From an uncultured Flammeovirgaceae bacterium (GTDB lineage Bacteria > Bacteroidota > Bacteroidia > Cytophagales > MED-G16), in the NCBI GenBank assembly GCA_913052485.1, contig CAJXDN010000002.1, forward strand, positions 13,608-77,607: a stretch of 64,000 nt of DNA, read 5' to 3'. Within the stretch, counting starts at the first letter, position 1, and each line of letters starts with the position of its first letter. The position numbers were made by a program, and so were the translations under genes. The notes beneath the pieces were generated by a model. It had not been told where the DNA came from. It made no database searches and saw only the letters and a program-made list of their open reading frames with translations. This document shows positions 60,697 to 64,000 of this stretch, one piece after another.

Positions 60697-61140
60697 TTAT
60701 ACATCTAAATATTTTTGGGCAAGAAGAGAAAATTCTTTAGAATCTTTTATTAAGTTTTTACTGTAAATATCAGGATTCCATAATTCTATAAAGTTTCCAA
60801 CACCAATAAGAATAACATCTTTTTTGATATTACAATGAGATAGCATATTTCTTGCTAAAAGAAACCTACCATTCGAATCAAGATCAACTTGAGATATACC
60901 GCTAAATAAATTTCTTTTTAATTTTCTTTGCTCAGAACTAAATTCATTCAATGAACTAATCCTGGTATAAATATTTTGAAATTCACTAAGAGGGTATATA
61001 ATTAGATTAGATTCAAATCCTTTCCTTATAACTATACTATTTTTAGAAGCTTCAGGGAGGACTGATTTTAACCTAGACGGCAAAACCAGCCTACCCTTAG
61101 CATCTAATTTACACTCATGTTCGCCTGTGAAAAAAGCCAT
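60697..61140 (-). CDS. mraZ: Transcriptional regulator MraZ
   Basis: Two DxxGR repeats (DAKGR, DSNGR) and ELW; first gene of the dcw cluster. Confidence 0.96.
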   Translation of the reverse strand: MAFFTGEHECKLDAKGRLVLPSRLKSVLPEASKNSIVIRKGFESNLIIYPLSEFQNIYTRISSLNEFSSEQRKLKRNLFSGISQVDLDSNGRFLLARNMLSHCNIKKDVILIGVGNFIELWNPDIYSKNLIKDSKEFSLLAQKYLDV

Positions 61141-61170
61141 ATCAGAGTATTAATATAAACCACTTAGAGA

Positions 61171-61178
61171 CAAATGTA
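61171..61178 (-). promoter_or_regulatory. -7 element TACATTTG of the dcw promoter
   Basis: TAnnTTTG 30 nt upstream of the mraZ ATG. Confidence 0.65.
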
Positions 61179-61200
61179 ATAAAGATTTTTACATTTTACA

Positions 61201-61226
61201 CCACTTTATCCCACTTTATCCCACTT
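61201..61226 (-). promoter_or_regulatory. MraZ operator: AAGTGG direct repeats with 10-bp period
   Basis: CCACTTTATC CCACTTTATC CCACTT, matching the known GTGG/TGGG 10-bp repeats upstream of mraZ. Confidence 0.8.
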
Positions 61227-61241
61227 ATTAATAAGAATTTT

Positions 61242-62198
61242 TTAAATGTCTCTTTTAATCGTATAATCTAGAAGATCATATAAGCTTTTTTTATATTTAG
61301 AATCAGGAAATTTATTTAAAATTGAATATGCTTTCTCTGTCATATCAATCATTATTTTTTCACTATACTCTATACCTTTATTTTCTTTGACAAATTCAAT
61401 TATTTCATCTATTGATCTGTAATTTTTTAAATTTTTTATAATTTTTTTTTTTGTTGAAGAACTAACTTTTGATAGTGAATGAATTAATGGAAGAGTAATT
61501 TTTCCTTGTTTAAAATCATTTAAAGATGGTTTTCCTGTATCGAAAGAGAGGTATCCAAATAGGTCATCTCTTATTTGGAAGGCATTTCCTACTAACAACC
61601 CAAATTTTTTCATTAATTTAATTTTTTCTTCAGAGGCATTTGATGAAATAGCCCCCATCATGCAACAAGATGAGAATAAACTTGCTGTTTTCTCTTTTAT
61701 AATTTTAAAATATGTATCCTCATCAATATCTAAACTTTTAGATTTTTTTAATTGAGTAATCTCACCTTCACTCATCTGCTTAACAGCATTGGATAAAATA
61801 CCTAAAAATTTAAAATCATTACTTTGAACAGATAACTCTAGACCTCTTGATAAAAGGTAGTCCCCAATTAAAACTGAGTATTTACTTTTCCACAATGCAT
61901 TAATTGAAAAATAACCTCTTCTGTAATTTGAATCATCCACTACATCATCATGAATTAGTGTTGCTGTATGTAAAATTTCTATTAGAATTGCAGCCCTATA
62001 TGTTGAATCTGAAATCTTCCCATTTAATCCTGCTGTCAGAAATACAAAAATAGGCCTAATTTGTTTTCCCTTTCTCTTTAAAATATAGCTAACGACAGTG
62101 TCAATTAATGAATTTCTGCTAGATATTGATGTCCTTAACTTGATCTTAAAGTCTTTCATTTCATTATCTATTGGTCTTACAATTTCTCTGAGATTCAT
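61242..62198 (-). CDS. Polyprenyl diphosphate synthase (IspB-like)
   Basis: GKQIRP, first Asp-rich motif HDDVVD..RRG, KTA, FQIRDD, GK. Confidence 0.92.
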   Translation of the reverse strand: MNLREIVRPIDNEMKDFKIKLRTSISSRNSLIDTVVSYILKRKGKQIRPIFVFLTAGLNGKISDSTYRAAILIEILHTATLIHDDVVDDSNYRRGYFSINALWKSKYSVLIGDYLLSRGLELSVQSNDFKFLGILSNAVKQMSEGEITQLKKSKSLDIDEDTYFKIIKEKTASLFSSCCMMGAISSNASEEKIKLMKKFGLLVGNAFQIRDDLFGYLSFDTGKPSLNDFKQGKITLPLIHSLSKVSSSTKKKIIKNLKNYRSIDEIIEFVKENKGIEYSEKIMIDMTEKAYSILNKFPDSKYKKSLYDLLDYTIKRDI

Positions 62199-62251
62199 AT
62201 AAATTACTTATTTGGATTAACTTTATATACTACGTCATTATTGATAAAAAG

Positions 62252-63868
62252 ATGAACGACATAAAAAAAAATAAAAGTAAGAGATATAAAAATATTGTAA
62301 AGAAGTCTAAGTTTTGGCCTATTGTTCAGCTATTTAAACATAGAAATAGATTTATGAATGAGGTTTCTCAAAAATCACAAAAAAAAATACTTGAAAAAAT
62401 AAAACAAAAAGATTTGTATGAAGAAATTATTAATACAGTCTATAAAGAAAAACTAAGAATTTCTAATATTCCATGGAAAGCTGACCCAGTAGACGACAAG
62501 AGATTTTGGTATAAATTAAAAGAAAAAATCATTGAATTCGAGGAAGATAAAAATAATCCAAAAATTAGAAAGGAGATTTTACCAATGATTATAAATAGAT
62601 ACACTAAAGAGATTACAGGGAACTTTAAGAGAAGTCATCACGGATTTGCAAGGAGACTAATTACATCTTTTTTAGCTAGACTACTTAATACAGCAAGACT
62701 TAGGAATCCTTTTGGGAGCCTTAACCTAGATAGTACAATACAGATAGTCGGCAAACACAAGAGGTTAAGGAAATTATCTAAAACTGGGACAATTATTATG
62801 GTTCCAACACATTTTTCACATCTAGACTCTGCACTTATTGGATGGATTATCTCTCAACTTGGATTACCTGCCTTTATGTATGGTGCAGGTTTAGTTTTAT
62901 ATAATTTAAAAATTTTTGCATATTTCTTTAATAGTCTAGGAGCCTATAAGGTTGATAGAAGAAAAAAACATTTGCTCTACCTAGAAACATTAAAAACATA
63001 TACAGAAAGAGCAATAGTCAATGGTTGTCATAACCTCTTTTATCCAGGTGGAACCAGATCTAGATCTGGTGCAATTGAAAAAAATTTAAAACTCGGATTA
63101 TTAGGAAGTACAATTGAGGCACAGAGGGAGTTAGATAATAAAAATAAAAAAATATATATAGTACCTATAACTTTCAACTACCAGTTTGTATTAGAAGGAC
63201 CGGCCTTGATAAATCAATACCTATCTAATAATCAAAATAATAGAAATCATCTGAAAGATTTAGGATATTCAAATACATTCAAAATTTTTACATTTTTGAT
63301 TAAATATTTTACTCGATCTAATAGAATGGCTGTTTCAATTGGGAACCCATTAGATATCTATGGTAACATTGTTGACAATAAAGGTAAAGCCATTAATAAA
63401 AATAATTTATCAATAAAAAAAAATAATAAAACAGAAATTTTAAATAAGCTATCTGAAAATATTGTTGATGAGCTGATGGCCGGTACGGTAGTTTACTCAA
63501 GTTTAATTTTATCCTTTACTTCTTTTGAGCTTATACGTAAAAAGTTTAAAAAAATGGATATTCAGAATTTAATTGCACTCCCAGAAGATGAACTTACAAT
63601 CAACCTCAAATATTTTAAACCTAAATACAAACAGGTGATGGATTATATTTTAAAACTTTCTCAGGATAAAAAAATAAAACTTTCAGATGAGCTATCTCTC
63701 TCAATTGAAGATCAGATAAAAATAGGATGTAAAAATCTTGGGCTTTATCATGCAATCAGACCTATTGAATTGAAAAATAATATACTAATTATAAAAAATA
63801 TCAAGATGCTTTTTTACTATAGAAATAGATTAGATGGATACAAAATTGAAAATATTTTAAAAACTTAA
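62252..63868 (+). CDS. Glycerol-3-phosphate acyltransferase-like protein (PlsB/PlsC family)
   Basis: PTHFSHLD (HxxxxD), GAYKVDR, YPGGTRSRSG, KLGLL. Confidence 0.85.
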   Translation: MNDIKKNKSKRYKNIVKKSKFWPIVQLFKHRNRFMNEVSQKSQKKILEKIKQKDLYEEIINTVYKEKLRISNIPWKADPVDDKRFWYKLKEKIIEFEEDKNNPKIRKEILPMIINRYTKEITGNFKRSHHGFARRLITSFLARLLNTARLRNPFGSLNLDSTIQIVGKHKRLRKLSKTGTIIMVPTHFSHLDSALIGWIISQLGLPAFMYGAGLVLYNLKIFAYFFNSLGAYKVDRRKKHLLYLETLKTYTERAIVNGCHNLFYPGGTRSRSGAIEKNLKLGLLGSTIEAQRELDNKNKKIYIVPITFNYQFVLEGPALINQYLSNNQNNRNHLKDLGYSNTFKIFTFLIKYFTRSNRMAVSIGNPLDIYGNIVDNKGKAINKNNLSIKKNNKTEILNKLSENIVDELMAGTVVYSSLILSFTSFELIRKKFKKMDIQNLIALPEDELTINLKYFKPKYKQVMDYILKLSQDKKIKLSDELSLSIEDQIKIGCKNLGLYHAIRPIELKNNILIIKNIKMLFYYRNRLDGYKIENILKT

Positions 63869-63999
63869 CTATTAAGTTCAATCGATATCAACCTCTTGCT
63901 TAATGACGGATGAGAATAATTAATAAATTCAAATAAAGGGTGAGGAGTTAAATTGGTAAGATTATCTCGTGACAACTTCTTCAGTGCACTGACTAGTGG
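63865..63999 (-). CDS. M48 (Ste24-like) metallopeptidase, C-terminal fragment
   Basis: Translation PLVSALKKLSRDNLTNLTPHPLFEFINYSHPSLSKRL...* (SHP...R motif); runs off the window edge. Confidence 0.8.
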   Translation of the reverse strand, partial: PLVSALKKLSRDNLTNLTPHPLFEFINYSHPSLSKRLISIELNS

Positions 64000-64000
64000 A

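Noticed and set aside
61199-61230. Mini-CRISPR or iteron array
   Set aside because: 10-bp period with no spacers and no cas or rep genes; position and sequence fit an MraZ operator.
61540-61580. Second Asp-rich motif of the prenyl synthase reads DDLFG rather than DDxxD
   Set aside because: DDxxG variants occur in active trans-prenyltransferases, so this is not evidence of inactivation.

Overview
A very AT-rich, densely packed segment of core genome from a streamlined Bacteroidota. The gene content (PorD/PorQ type IX secretion parts, HslU, the Bacteroidota dcw layout) and the TAnnTTTG promoters point to Cytophagales; this assignment is an inference. The window holds 57 CDSs, two of them cut by the window edges, and two tRNAs (Ser-GCT, Leu-GAG). 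The genes cover purine and pyrimidine synthesis, the MEP pathway, alaS, ppk1, mdh, tilS, bamD-rpoZ, fabI, dnaA, dnaN and the division/cell-wall cluster. I found no integrase, transposase, prophage, CRISPR array or defence system, and I cannot support a clearly new multi-gene system. The best leads are: (1) the dcw cluster cleanly lacks both murD and murC while keeping murE, mraY and murG; (2) coaBC and recN are absent from the bamD-rpoZ-porD-fabI string, with a 65-aa membrane ORF in the recN slot; (3) an orphan protein resembling a MarR-type winged helix split by a large insertion; (4) a secreted protein that overlaps a GT9 gene head-to-head and probably starts at ATT; (5) several promoter elements sitting 3-7 nt from start codons, suggesting leaderless mRNAs. 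All product calls come from motif recognition, not database searches.
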